The notes below the pieces were generated by a model that did no database searches, had not been told where the DNA came from, and was given only the letters and a program-made list of their open reading frames with translations. A program made the translations under genes and the position numbers. Below are positions 34,801 to 43,670 of a stretch of DNA of 49,594 bases, piece by piece (position 1 is the stretch's first letter; each line of letters opens with the position of its first letter). The DNA is from an uncultured Gammaproteobacteria bacterium (GTDB lineage: Bacteria > Patescibacteriota > Patescibacteriia > Magasanikbacterales > UBA10003): positions 1-49,594 of the forward strand of contig CAYIOJ010000003.1 in the NCBI GenBank assembly GCA_964365025.1, given 5' to 3'.

Positions 34801-35094
34801 GAAATGGAGGTCTGGGCGCTGGAGGCCTATGGCGCCGCGGCTATGTTGCAGGAAATTTTAACTATTAAATCCGATGACGTGCCCGGCCGTTCCAAAGCTT
34901 ATGAATCAATTATTAAGGGCGAACCCATTACCCGTTTGAACATCCCCGAATCATTCAATGTGCTGGTGCGCGAACTTAAAGGTTTGGGGTTGGATATTGA
35001 ATTATTGCGTAAAAGCGAAACCAAAAAAGGCGATTATGATGTCGTAAAGGTCGACGACAAAAGCCAAGGTGAGCCGGAACGAGATTTCAGATAA
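31804..35094 (+). CDS. rpoB: DNA-directed RNA polymerase subunit beta
   Basis: [16 protein letters not shown], the rifampicin-cluster region [46 protein letters not shown]. The start was chosen at ATG 31804; the track GTG at 31765 is also possible. Confidence 0.97.
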
Positions 35095-35115
35095 AGAGAA
35101 TAATCAAACAAAAAT

Positions 35116-38100
35116 ATGTATCACGAACAACCAAAAACAATAGAATTTGACGCCATGCGCTTTCGTTTGGCTTCGCCGGAAGTAATAAAAGCCTGGTCAT
35201 TTGGCGAAGTGGCTAAGCCCGAGACCATCAATTACCGCACGCAAAAACCGGAAAAAGGCGGACTTTTCGCCGAAGAGATTTTCGGCCCCACCAAAGATTG
35301 GGAGTGTTATTGCGGTAAATACAAAAAGATTCGCTATAAAGGCATTATTTGCGATAAATGCGGGGTGCAGGTGACTCATTCTTTGGTACGCCGCGAGCGC
35401 ATGGGGCACATTGAATTGGCTTCGCCAGTGTCCCATATTTGGTTTTTGCGCAGTATCCCGTCTAAAATCGGCACAATTCTGGATATTTCCATTCAGAATC
35501 TGGAAAAGGTGATATATTTTGCCAATTTCATAATTATTTCAGTTGATGAAAATTTAAAGAATCAGACCTTGGAACAGGTGCGCCAGGAATTTAAATCCAA
35601 ACGCAAAGCCATTGAAAATGAAATGCAGAAAAAAATGGAAGGCGCCGATGCCAAGTCTTTGGAAAAACTCACGGCCGAACGCGACCGAAAACTGGCCGGG
35701 CTGGAAGAAACTTTCGTGGCTACGGAAAAAGAAATTAAAGAAATCAAACCCCTGCAAATTTTGAGCGAGGCGCAATATCAGGAAATGTCTCTGCGTTTCG
35801 GCCATATTTTTGAAGCCGGCATTGGCGCCGAAGCGGTGCGATCGCTTTTGGGACAAATGGACTTAGTCAAAGAAATTAAAACTCTGACCGAAGAGCAAAT
35901 TGAGGCCTCGCCGGCGCGCAAAGAAAAAATTATTCGTCGTTTGAAACTCTTGAAAAGTTTGGACCGCAATACCGTGAAACCAGAATGGATGATTATGACG
36001 GTGGTGCCGGTGATTCCGCCGGATTTGCGGCCCATGGTGGCTTTGGACGGCGGCCGTTTTGCCACCTCGGACTTGAATGATTTGTATCGCCGCGTGATCA
36101 ATCGCAACAATCGTCTGAAAAGATTAATGGAGTTGAACGCGCCGGAAGTCATTTGCCGCAATGAAAAAAGAATGTTGCAAGAAGCCGTGGATGCTTTGAT
36201 TGATAATAGCGCTCGCCACAGCAAGACCGTGGCCGCTTCCACCGGCCAGCGCAGGCAACTGCGTTCTTTGGCTGATATTTTACGCGGCAAGCAGGGTCGT
36301 TTCCGCCAGAATTTGCTCGGCAAGCGCACTGACTATTCCGGCCGTTCAGTGATTGTGGTCGGCCCGCATTTGAAAATTCATCAATGCGGTTTGCCCAAGC
36401 GCATGGCTTTGGAATTGTTCAAACCATTTGTGATGAGCCAGATTATTCAACGCGGACTGGTGCACAATGTTAGGAGCGCCTCACGATTTATTGAAACCGA
36501 CCGACCGGAAGTGTGGGATATTTTGGAAGAAATTATCAAGGACGCGCATGTACTTTTGAATCGCGCTCCGACCCTGCACCGCCTGGGTATCCAGGCCTTT
36601 CAGCCGATTTTGATTGAAGGCAAAGCCATTCAAGTTCATCCTTTGGTGTGTACCGCTTTTAACGCCGACTTTGACGGCGACCAAATGGCCGTGCACGTTC
36701 CTTTGACCGAGCAGGCCAAATTGGAAGCAAAAGAAATAATGCTCTCGGCTAAAAATTTGTTAAAGCCTGCCACCGGCCAGCCGGTAGTAACTCCCAAACA
36801 AGATATTGCTTGGGGCTGTTACTATGCGACTTCGATGATGGAAAAAGAGCGGGCGAAAATTTTTGGATCTTCGGTAGAGGCGGACTTGGCGTACAAAATG
36901 CGCATTATCACTTTGCAGGAAAAAATTCAGGTGCGCTTGAAGGATTTATCCAAATTTCCCAAAGGAACCAAGCCGATGGTGGAAACGACTATAGGCCGCT
37001 TGTATTTCAACAATGCCCTGCCGCCGGATTTGCCGTTTTACAATGAAGTGGTTGGTTCCAAAAAACTTGGCGAAATCGTAAAATTGTGTCTGGAAATTTG
37101 CGGACAGGAAAAAACCGCCGAAGTTTTGGATGTTATTAAAGAACTCGGTTTCAAATACATTACCAAATCCGGTTATTCTTTGGGTATGGATGATTTTCCT
37201 CGTTTAGAGGCCAAGGCCGGAATTGTAACCGGGGGAGATGCTCGCGTGGAGGAAATTGAAAACCAATATTCCGAAGGACTTTTGACCGCGCAAGAACGAC
37301 ACAGCAAAGTTATTGAAGTTTGGTCTGATATTAAAGATCAAGTAGTTAAAGCCAGCCGCGGAATTTTAAAACCTTTTGGTCCGGTGTCCACCATTATTGA
37401 GTCGGGCGCGCGCGGCAGTTGGGGACAGCTGACGCAGGTTATCGGTATGAAGGGTTTGGTGTCCAATCCGGCCGGCGATATTATTGAATTGCCGGTCAAA
37501 GGCAGTTTTAAAGAAGGATTTGATGTTTTGGAATTTTTTATCTCCACGCACGGCACGCGCAAAGGTTTGTCTGACACGGCTTTGCGCACGGCCAATGCCG
37601 GTTATTTGACTCGCCGTTTGGTGGATGTGGCGCAAGATATGGTAATTAATACCGAAGATTGCGGAGACGAAGAAGGAATTTTATTGACGAAAGTTGAAAG
37701 CGATGAAATGGGCGAAAAATTGTCTGTCCGCGCTTGGGGTAGAACTGTTTTGCAGGACATTGTTGATCCCAAAACAGAGAAAGTTATTGTTAAAGCCAAT
37801 GAAATTATCACTGACGCGATGGCCAGAGAAATCGCTTTGTTGGATTTGTCAGAAATTCGCGTGCGTTCGGTTTTGAAATGCCGCGTGCCTAAAGGCATTT
37901 GTCAAAAATGCTATGGTTTGGATTTAGGCCGAAATGATTTGGTTCACAAGGGCGTGGCCGTGGGTATTATTGCCGCGCAGTCTATTGGCGAGCCGGGCAC
38001 CCAGTTAACCATGCGCACCTTTCACACCGGCGGCGTGGCCGGTGGCGAAGATATTACGCAAGGTTTGCCTCGCGTGGAAGAATTGTTTGAAGTGCGTCCG

Positions 38101-38973
38101 CCCAAGCGCCGTGCCTTTATGACTGATGTAGCCGGCACGGTAGAGGTAACGGCTTTGGAGCAAAGGGTGATTGAATCAGCCGAGGGCAAAACAATTTTGG
38201 AAGGCCGGTTTGGGCAGAAGATGATTAAAATTAAATATGCGGCGGTGAAAGAAGATGTTTATCCTTTTTCTAAAAATGATGAAGTTAGAGTTGAAGAAGG
38301 CGCGACAGCTGTGGAAGGCCAAACAATCATTGTTCGCAAGGCAGGTGAAGAAGTGAAAGCCGTGCATGGCGGCTCGGTGGTGAAAGAAAAAAATAAAGTG
38401 AAAATTTTGGCCAATGTGGAGGGCGTGAAAGAGTATGTGATTCCAGCCGGTTATGTGCTGTGGGTGAAAACCGGCGATTTGGTGGCGGCCGGCGGCCAGC
38501 TCACCGATGGTAATTTGGATTTAGCCACATTGTATCAATTGCAAGGACGGCAAGCAGTGGAAAAATATATTTTGAGCGAGATTCAACACATCTATTCTTC
38601 GCAAGGCCAGAAATTGAATGACAAGCATGTGGAATTGATTATCAAGCAATTATTTTCGCGCGTGTATGTGCATGAAGCCGGCGATACGGAATTGTTGCCC
38701 GGCGAAATTATTGAAAAAGCGCAGTTGATTGAGGAAAATGAAAAAGTGAAAAAAGCCAAGGGCAAGCCGGCCGAGGCCGAAGAATTGCTGTTGGGCGTGA
38801 CGCGCGTGTCTTTGACCACGCAGAGTTTTCTCTCGGCCGCGTCATTTCAAGAAACCGCGCGCGTGTTGATTAACGCGGCGGTGACCGGCAAGATTGATCG
38901 GTTGGAGGGCTTGAAAGAAAATGTGATTATTGGTCGGCAGATTCCAGCCGGGACTGGGTTTCATAGTAAGTAG
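35116..38973 (+). CDS. rpoC: DNA-directed RNA polymerase subunit beta'
   Basis: Zn finger CYCGKYKKIRYKGIICDKCGV, catalytic NADFDGDQMAVH, and trigger-loop and bridge-helix regions. Confidence 0.97.
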   Translation: MYHEQPKTIEFDAMRFRLASPEVIKAWSFGEVAKPETINYRTQKPEKGGLFAEEIFGPTKDWECYCGKYKKIRYKGIICDKCGVQVTHSLVRRERMGHIELASPVSHIWFLRSIPSKIGTILDISIQNLEKVIYFANFIIISVDENLKNQTLEQVRQEFKSKRKAIENEMQKKMEGADAKSLEKLTAERDRKLAGLEETFVATEKEIKEIKPLQILSEAQYQEMSLRFGHIFEAGIGAEAVRSLLGQMDLVKEIKTLTEEQIEASPARKEKIIRRLKLLKSLDRNTVKPEWMIMTVVPVIPPDLRPMVALDGGRFATSDLNDLYRRVINRNNRLKRLMELNAPEVICRNEKRMLQEAVDALIDNSARHSKTVAASTGQRRQLRSLADILRGKQGRFRQNLLGKRTDYSGRSVIVVGPHLKIHQCGLPKRMALELFKPFVMSQIIQRGLVHNVRSASRFIETDRPEVWDILEEIIKDAHVLLNRAPTLHRLGIQAFQPILIEGKAIQVHPLVCTAFNADFDGDQMAVHVPLTEQAKLEAKEIMLSAKNLLKPATGQPVVTPKQDIAWGCYYATSMMEKERAKIFGSSVEADLAYKMRIITLQEKIQVRLKDLSKFPKGTKPMVETTIGRLYFNNALPPDLPFYNEVVGSKKLGEIVKLCLEICGQEKTAEVLDVIKELGFKYITKSGYSLGMDDFPRLEAKAGIVTGGDARVEEIENQYSEGLLTAQERHSKVIEVWSDIKDQVVKASRGILKPFGPVSTIIESGARGSWGQLTQVIGMKGLVSNPAGDIIELPVKGSFKEGFDVLEFFISTHGTRKGLSDTALRTANAGYLTRRLVDVAQDMVINTEDCGDEEGILLTKVESDEMGEKLSVRAWGRTVLQDIVDPKTEKVIVKANEIITDAMAREIALLDLSEIRVRSVLKCRVPKGICQKCYGLDLGRNDLVHKGVAVGIIAAQSIGEPGTQLTMRTFHTGGVAGGEDITQGLPRVEELFEVRPPKRRAFMTDVAGTVEVTALEQRVIESAEGKTILEGRFGQKMIKIKYAAVKEDVYPFSKNDEVRVEEGATAVEGQTIIVRKAGEEVKAVHGGSVVKEKNKVKILANVEGVKEYVIPAGYVLWVKTGDLVAAGGQLTDGNLDLATLYQLQGRQAVEKYILSEIQHIYSSQGQKLNDKHVELIIKQLFSRVYVHEAGDTELLPGEIIEKAQLIEENEKVKKAKGKPAEAEELLLGVTRVSLTTQSFLSAASFQETARVLINAAVTGKIDRLEGLKENVIIGRQIPAGTGFHSK

Positions 38974-38977
38974 GATG

Positions 38978-39010
38978 TAGAGAGCGGTTTTATACCGCTC
39001 TCTATTTTTA
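38978..39010 (+). terminator. intrinsic terminator after rpoC
   Basis: tagagagcgg-ttttata-ccgctctcta followed by TTTTTA. Confidence 0.8.
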
Positions 39011-39058
39011 TGTCATTGCGAGCGACCTGCCTGCCGGACAGGCAGGAGCGAAGCAATC
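39011..39058. repeat. REP/MITE-like palindromic element (TGTCATTGCGAGCG...AGCGAAGCAATC) with an inner 8-bp hairpin
   Basis: tgtcattgcgagcga-cctgcctg-ccgga-caggcagg-agcgaagcaatc. Same termini as the copies in yebC. Confidence 0.75.
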
Positions 39059-39067
39059 TCGTAAAAT

Positions 39068-39093
39068 AAAAACCCTGAGCAATCGGGGTTTTT
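39068..39093 (-). terminator. terminator after the second abiE operon
   Basis: Hairpin aaaaaccctga-gcaa-tcggggttttt. The minus-strand RNA is followed by TTTTTATTTTA. Confidence 0.65.
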
Positions 39094-39099
39094 GGCTAA

Positions 39100-39852
39100 T
39101 TATTTAATTTCATCAAAAGGCAGAGAACCAATCATTGCCGCGATAGATTCATTATTGATTTTCCTGGAATAATATATTTGATTCATTTCCATTTCTTTTT
39201 GCGCGCCAACTATCATCCAGTTATTTTTAATGTTGGCTTTGGTGAGAGGTTTCCGTATTTCTTTTTGTTTGATGTAGCTCACAATTTCGTTCAAATTCAG
39301 TTGGTACTTTTTTAAAATAAGAAACAAATCATAAAAATCACGATAGCGGGCGCGGTCATTTGTGGCTCGGATTTTTTCCGCGCAGATTTCTTTGATGTCC
39401 ATAACTCTCACCTCCAATTTGATGCCCCAAACATTGTTGTATTTCATGGTTTTAGGCGGTAAGAGCACATTCTGCAAAAAATCAATTTCAACTTTTAAAG
39501 AGTTTGGCTGAATCAGCGGTCCGGTATATTGCAGTCGTTCGATCTTTATTGTCGCGTCGGAGAGGTAATCTTTTTTAATGCTCAAATAGTATGTGTCAAT
39601 GAAAATCTTTTGTACCTCTTCCAAAGATATTGTTTTTTGATTGGCGGAAAAATCTAAATCTTCGGAAAAACGGTATTGTTCCAAATAGCAGTGATGTAGA
39701 GAGGTACCGCCTTTGAATATTAAGGTGTTCTTGAGGGTGGATTGAGTAATGATTTGGATTACGAGAGCGAGAAAATAGTCCTTCTCGGCAATTTGGAGCG
39801 GATACTTTAAGGTTCGGCGATTAATAATTTCCAATTGTTGGCGGGTGATCAT
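39100..39852 (-). CDS. abiEii: AbiEii/AbiGii-family nucleotidyltransferase toxin (second copy, divergent sequence)
   Basis: FKGGTSLHHCYLEQYRFSEDLDFS signature. 4-nt ATGA overlap with the upstream antitoxin gene. Confidence 0.85.
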   Translation of the reverse strand: MITRQQLEIINRRTLKYPLQIAEKDYFLALVIQIITQSTLKNTLIFKGGTSLHHCYLEQYRFSEDLDFSANQKTISLEEVQKIFIDTYYLSIKKDYLSDATIKIERLQYTGPLIQPNSLKVEIDFLQNVLLPPKTMKYNNVWGIKLEVRVMDIKEICAEKIRATNDRARYRDFYDLFLILKKYQLNLNEIVSYIKQKEIRKPLTKANIKNNWMIVGAQKEMEMNQIYYSRKINNESIAAMIGSLPFDEIK

Positions 39853-40628
39853 AATTTGAATTGATCAAAATATCCGTCGTAATAAAGACGCCATTTAGCA
39901 TTGAATTTTTTATCACCAGCGAGCATCCAATGAGTGCCCCGTTTATTTTTTATGAGTTCATGCAAGCGAACAGAATCAAGGCCTAAAAAATCAAAGATGA
40001 GACCAAAAGTTTTAATGGTAGCGCCGGAAAATTTAGATAAGTATTCGTTGAAGCGATTAAAATCCAAATCCCGTTTATGATTTATAATTTTTTCAATCAC
40101 CACATCAATCGTCAATTTGCTTTTATGAAAATTCACCATATCAATCAAGGCCTTTTCCGCGGTGGCAATCCGCGCCGTTTTATTATCCATTTGTACTTCG
40201 TCAAAACCAAAATACAAGTTCTTTTTAGTTTTAACAAAGCTGTATTCCATATTATTGAGTTTTGTGGCTTTGTACATTTTCAAGCTGACCGAGACGGTTT
40301 TATTCATTAATTGGTCAAACATGCTGTGGTATTGAAGAGCGGACTCAAAAGAGACATAGGAATCTTTGACTAACAAATTGGCTGTCAGATAGGGTGATAG
40401 AGATAGAAAGCCGCGGTTCGTTAATTCAGAAATGGTGTAGAGTCCGCGTTTAATTCGAATCAGCCAACCGTCCTTGGTAAGTTTAGTAATGATGTTTTTG
40501 GTTTGCTTGTAATCCCAACTGCCCTTGCTTGTCTCAATAATTTGCCTCGAAGTAACAATAAGGCCAAATTTGCCGATTAAATTTTCTAATAATTCGCTTT
40601 GTTTAACGGAAAGGATAGTTTGTTTCAT
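39849..40628 (-). CDS. abiEi: AbiEi-family antitoxin (second copy)
   Basis: ...LTKDGWLIRIKRGLYTI wHTH end motif. 259 aa. Coupled to abiEii. Confidence 0.7.
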   Translation of the reverse strand: MKQTILSVKQSELLENLIGKFGLIVTSRQIIETSKGSWDYKQTKNIITKLTKDGWLIRIKRGLYTISELTNRGFLSLSPYLTANLLVKDSYVSFESALQYHSMFDQLMNKTVSVSLKMYKATKLNNMEYSFVKTKKNLYFGFDEVQMDNKTARIATAEKALIDMVNFHKSKLTIDVVIEKIINHKRDLDFNRFNEYLSKFSGATIKTFGLIFDFLGLDSVRLHELIKNKRGTHWMLAGDKKFNAKWRLYYDGYFDQFKL

Positions 40629-40770
40629 ATATCATAGGTCATAAAGATTGATGACTTTATACATACATAATACACCCAATTTTAAAAATTGTCAAGTGAA
40701 ATAAGTGGATAACTTTTTTTGTTTCTGCTAAACTGGAATCAGATTCAGGTGAAATTTATTGTCCGTGAAT

Positions 40771-41553
40771 ATGTCCAAGCACTCCAAATGGGCAAAAATC
40801 AAAAATGACAAGGGCGCGGCTGATGTGAAAAAAGGCGCGGTGTTCACCAAACATTCACGCGCTATTAGCGTGGCAGCGCGTTCGGGCGGCGATCCTGAAA
40901 AAAACTTCAAATTGCGCATGGCCATGGACGCGGCGAAAACCGCCGGCGTGCCAAAAGACACGATTGAGCGGGCGGTTGCGCGCGGTTCAGGCGCTGATGG
41001 CGAGGAAGAATTAACCGAAATGCTTTATGAAGCAATCGGGCCTGGGAAGGTTGGAATAATGATTGAAGCCGTGACCAATAACAAAAACAGGACGGTGAAT
41101 GATTTGCGAAGATTGTTGGAAGAACATGGCGGGGTGTTGGCCAATAGCGGAGCTGTGGCTTGGCAATTTCAACGATTGGGAGTGGTGAGGTTGAGCATTT
41201 TGTCTAGTCATTGCGAGCCAGAAGCGAAGCAATCCCGCCCCTGTCATTCTGGGGCGAAGCCGAAGAATCCATTGTTAAATGATGAATTGGAATTAAAACT
41301 GATTGATTTAGGAGCTGAAGATATTAAAGAAGAAGAAGGCGGGATTACAATTTATACCAAGCAAGAAAATTGGCAAAAATTACTGGATGGTTTGCGCGGC
41401 CTGAACATGACTCCGGAATATTCCGGCTTAGAGTGGGTGGCCAAAGAACCAATAGCTGTGGCAGATCCGGCCGCACGGACGCAGTTGGATGAATTGTATG
41501 TGGCATTGGATGAAAATGATGATGTACAAAATTATTTTACAAATGAAGCGTAA
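40771..41553 (+). CDS. yebC: YebC/PmpR-family transcriptional/translational regulator carrying an in-frame ~22-24-aa insertion
   Basis: MSKHSKWAKIKNDKGAADVKKGAVFTK... is the canonical start. The start was set at ATG 40771. The insert SSHCEPEAKQSRPCHSGAKPKNP coincides with palindromic repeat units at 41206-41270. Confidence 0.9.
   Translation: MSKHSKWAKIKNDKGAADVKKGAVFTKHSRAISVAARSGGDPEKNFKLRMAMDAAKTAGVPKDTIERAVARGSGADGEEELTEMLYEAIGPGKVGIMIEAVTNNKNRTVNDLRRLLEEHGGVLANSGAVAWQFQRLGVVRLSILSSHCEPEAKQSRPCHSGAKPKNPLLNDELELKLIDLGAEDIKEEEGGITIYTKQENWQKLLDGLRGLNMTPEYSGLEWVAKEPIAVADPAARTQLDELYVALDENDDVQNYFTNEA
41206..41270 (+). repeat. two tandem REP/MITE-like units inside the yebC reading frame
   Basis: agtcattgcgagccagaagcgaagcaatcc (41206-41235) and tgtcattctggggcgaagccgaagaatcc (41242-41270). 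Same GTCATT...GMAATCC termini as 14926..14990 and 39011..39058. Confidence 0.75.
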
Positions 41554-41640
41554 AAATCTCGAATAAGGATGTGTTCGCCTTATTGTAACAAAAATGTTAC
41601 AATAACACCATTAAAATGTTACATTACTGGAACTGAAATT

Positions 41641-41958
41641 ATGAAAAATTTATTGCCTTTGGTGCCGAAAAAAATAACAGAAGAAATTGAATATCAAAAT
41701 GATTCAATCATCAGCAAGGTTTTGTTGCAAAGTGACAAATTAAATCTCACTCTTTTTGCCGTGGCCGCCGGTCAGGAGTTTTCTCCGCACACCACCGCGC
41801 GCCAGGCCATTGTCCATATTTTGGAAGGCGAGGGTGAATTTATGCTGGTGGACAAGTGGCATCAATTCAGCGCCGGCGACTATTTTCACATGCCGGAAAA
41901 ACTTTTGCACGCAATTAAAGCCAAAAGCGGTTTTAAATTTTTATTGTATCTCTACTAA
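41641..41958 (+). CDS. cupin-domain protein
   Basis: 105 aa from ATG 41641. FSPHTTARQAIVHILEGEGEF...GDYFHMPEKLLHAIKA fits the cupin_2 two-motif pattern. Confidence 0.65.
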   Translation: MKNLLPLVPKKITEEIEYQNDSIISKVLLQSDKLNLTLFAVAAGQEFSPHTTARQAIVHILEGEGEFMLVDKWHQFSAGDYFHMPEKLLHAIKAKSGFKFLLYLY

Positions 41959-41959
41959 T

Positions 41960-42451
41960 ATGGCCAGTGTCAAACGTATTTTAGGCATTGACCCCGGATT
42001 TGGCAGAATGGGTTTTGGCATTATTGATGTTACAGGCGGCAAAATGGAACTGGTGGATTATGGGTGTTGGGAAACGCACAAAGGCGAGGAATTTTCCGAA
42101 CGCATTTTTTGTTTAATCAAACTTTTGCGCGCGGTGCTTAAAAAATACAAACCGACTTCTGTGGCTTTGGAAGAATTATTTTTTTTCAAGAATTTAAAAA
42201 CAGCCATCAATGTGGCGCAGGCTAGAGGAGCGGTAATGCTCCAAATCAAAGAAAGTAAATTGCCTTTGGTGGAGTTAACTCCATTGCAGGTAAAACAATC
42301 AATCACCGGATTTGGCCGCGCTGAAAAAAAACAAATGCAAAAAATGGTGCAAATGATTTTGAAATTAAAAGAGATACCCAAACAGGACGACGCTGCTGAT
42401 GCTTTGGCTATTGCCATTGCCGCTGTTCCTTATCTAAATCAATGCCGCTAG
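41960..42451 (+). CDS. ruvC: crossover junction endodeoxyribonuclease RuvC
   Basis: ILGIDPGFGRMGFGII (catalytic Asp), ALEELFF, and DAADALAIAI near the C-terminus. The start was set at ATG 41960. Confidence 0.92.
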   Translation: MASVKRILGIDPGFGRMGFGIIDVTGGKMELVDYGCWETHKGEEFSERIFCLIKLLRAVLKKYKPTSVALEELFFFKNLKTAINVAQARGAVMLQIKESKLPLVELTPLQVKQSITGFGRAEKKQMQKMVQMILKLKEIPKQDDAADALAIAIAAVPYLNQCR

Positions 42452-43669
42452 ACCCAGAAGTGTCCAGAAAATGACCGCAAGGTCATTTTTAAAATATGGC
42501 ACATCCACGATTCCGTGGATGAGAATAATAATCATTGAAGCGATGAGTACGCGCGCCAGTGTAGCGCGATTGAAGATTGTTTTTTTGAAAAAAAGAATTA
42601 TCAGCCAGATAAAAGCAATCAAACCCAAAAGGCCGGTTTCGCTCCAAAAAGTAATGAATACATTGTGCGGGTAAAGATAAATCTCCGCCCAGCGCAAAAT
42701 GTGCCAAGGTCGCACAGCTGTTTGATAATTAGCCAACCCAGCTCCTAAAATCGGATTGGTTTTAAGCATTTCTACTGTTTCGCTCCACATATTTAGCCGC
42801 AGTTGTCCGGAAATACCTTGGAAAAGAACTTCATTGGCAAACGGTTGTTTTAAGGGTGTGGCAAAAAAGATAATAGCCGCGATAATAAGCGCGCCTAAAG
42901 CCCAAAAGCGCGTTTTTTTATTTATCAAGCCGAATAAAATGGCAGTGCTGACCAAAGCAATAATTGCGCCGGTGGATTGGGCAAAAATAATGGCCATGAG
43001 TCCCGCCGCGAGTATAATGATGAGTAATATTTTTTGCGCGAGACGGCGGTTCCATAAATATATCGCCAAGGGTATGAGCGGCGCGACATACAGCGCCACG
43101 GCGTTGGGGTAACCGAAAAAACTGGTAACGCGGCGCGTGGCTTCGGCTTGCCAAAACGGATTGGGAATAAGCCAGCCGGTGAATTTTTGAGTAATGGCGA
43201 AAATCGTTATGGGCAAGGTTCCAAGAAGCAATGCCCAAATGATTTGTTTTTTATCTTGCTCGGTTTTGACAGTGGAGATGAGTACAGAGAAAAATAACAG
43301 CGGCTCTACGAAGTAGGCCTTCCAAATTCCCATGGCCGCGCGAGTGTCATCGGACACAAAAACAGAAATGGTGGCGGCGATGAGCAAAAGTATAGTGGCG
43401 AGGAGCCATCTGTTAAAAGGCGCTCTTGGCAGTTTGGCCTTGAGAGCAGAGGCGCTAACTTTTTTCCAATCATGGCGATGCTGAATAATCCAGATTAAAG
43501 TCGTAATTAAAATTATTCCTTCCAAAACGGTCATCGGGACGCCGGCAATTTGAAAGCGGAGTAAATAGCTGGGTAAAAAAGCAACAATCAAAAACAAGCC
43601 GTAGAGAAGGCGGCGGGTCGTGAGCCAAACAAAGAGGATGAAAAAAATTATGAGTAAAATTTCAAACAT
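42434..43669 (-). CDS. O-antigen ligase/polymerase-like (Wzy_C family) membrane protein
   Basis: About 10 TM helices. YPHNVFITFWSETGLLGLIAF matches the Wzy_C H-N...E.G motif. Confidence 0.7.
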   Translation of the reverse strand: MFEILLIIFFILFVWLTTRRLLYGLFLIVAFLPSYLLRFQIAGVPMTVLEGIILITTLIWIIQHRHDWKKVSASALKAKLPRAPFNRWLLATILLLIAATISVFVSDDTRAAMGIWKAYFVEPLLFFSVLISTVKTEQDKKQIIWALLLGTLPITIFAITQKFTGWLIPNPFWQAEATRRVTSFFGYPNAVALYVAPLIPLAIYLWNRRLAQKILLIIILAAGLMAIIFAQSTGAIIALVSTAILFGLINKKTRFWALGALIIAAIIFFATPLKQPFANEVLFQGISGQLRLNMWSETVEMLKTNPILGAGLANYQTAVRPWHILRWAEIYLYPHNVFITFWSETGLLGLIAFIWLIILFFKKTIFNRATLARVLIASMIIILIHGIVDVPYFKNDLAVIFWTLLGLAALI

Positions 43670-43670
43670 G

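Noticed and set aside
41569-42451. Long N-terminal extensions of the cupin ORF (start 41569) and the ruvC ORF (start 41756)
   Set aside because: The extensions overlap the neighbouring gene or are Arg/Pro-rich out-of-context sequence. The conserved protein starts are at ATG 41641 and ATG 41960.
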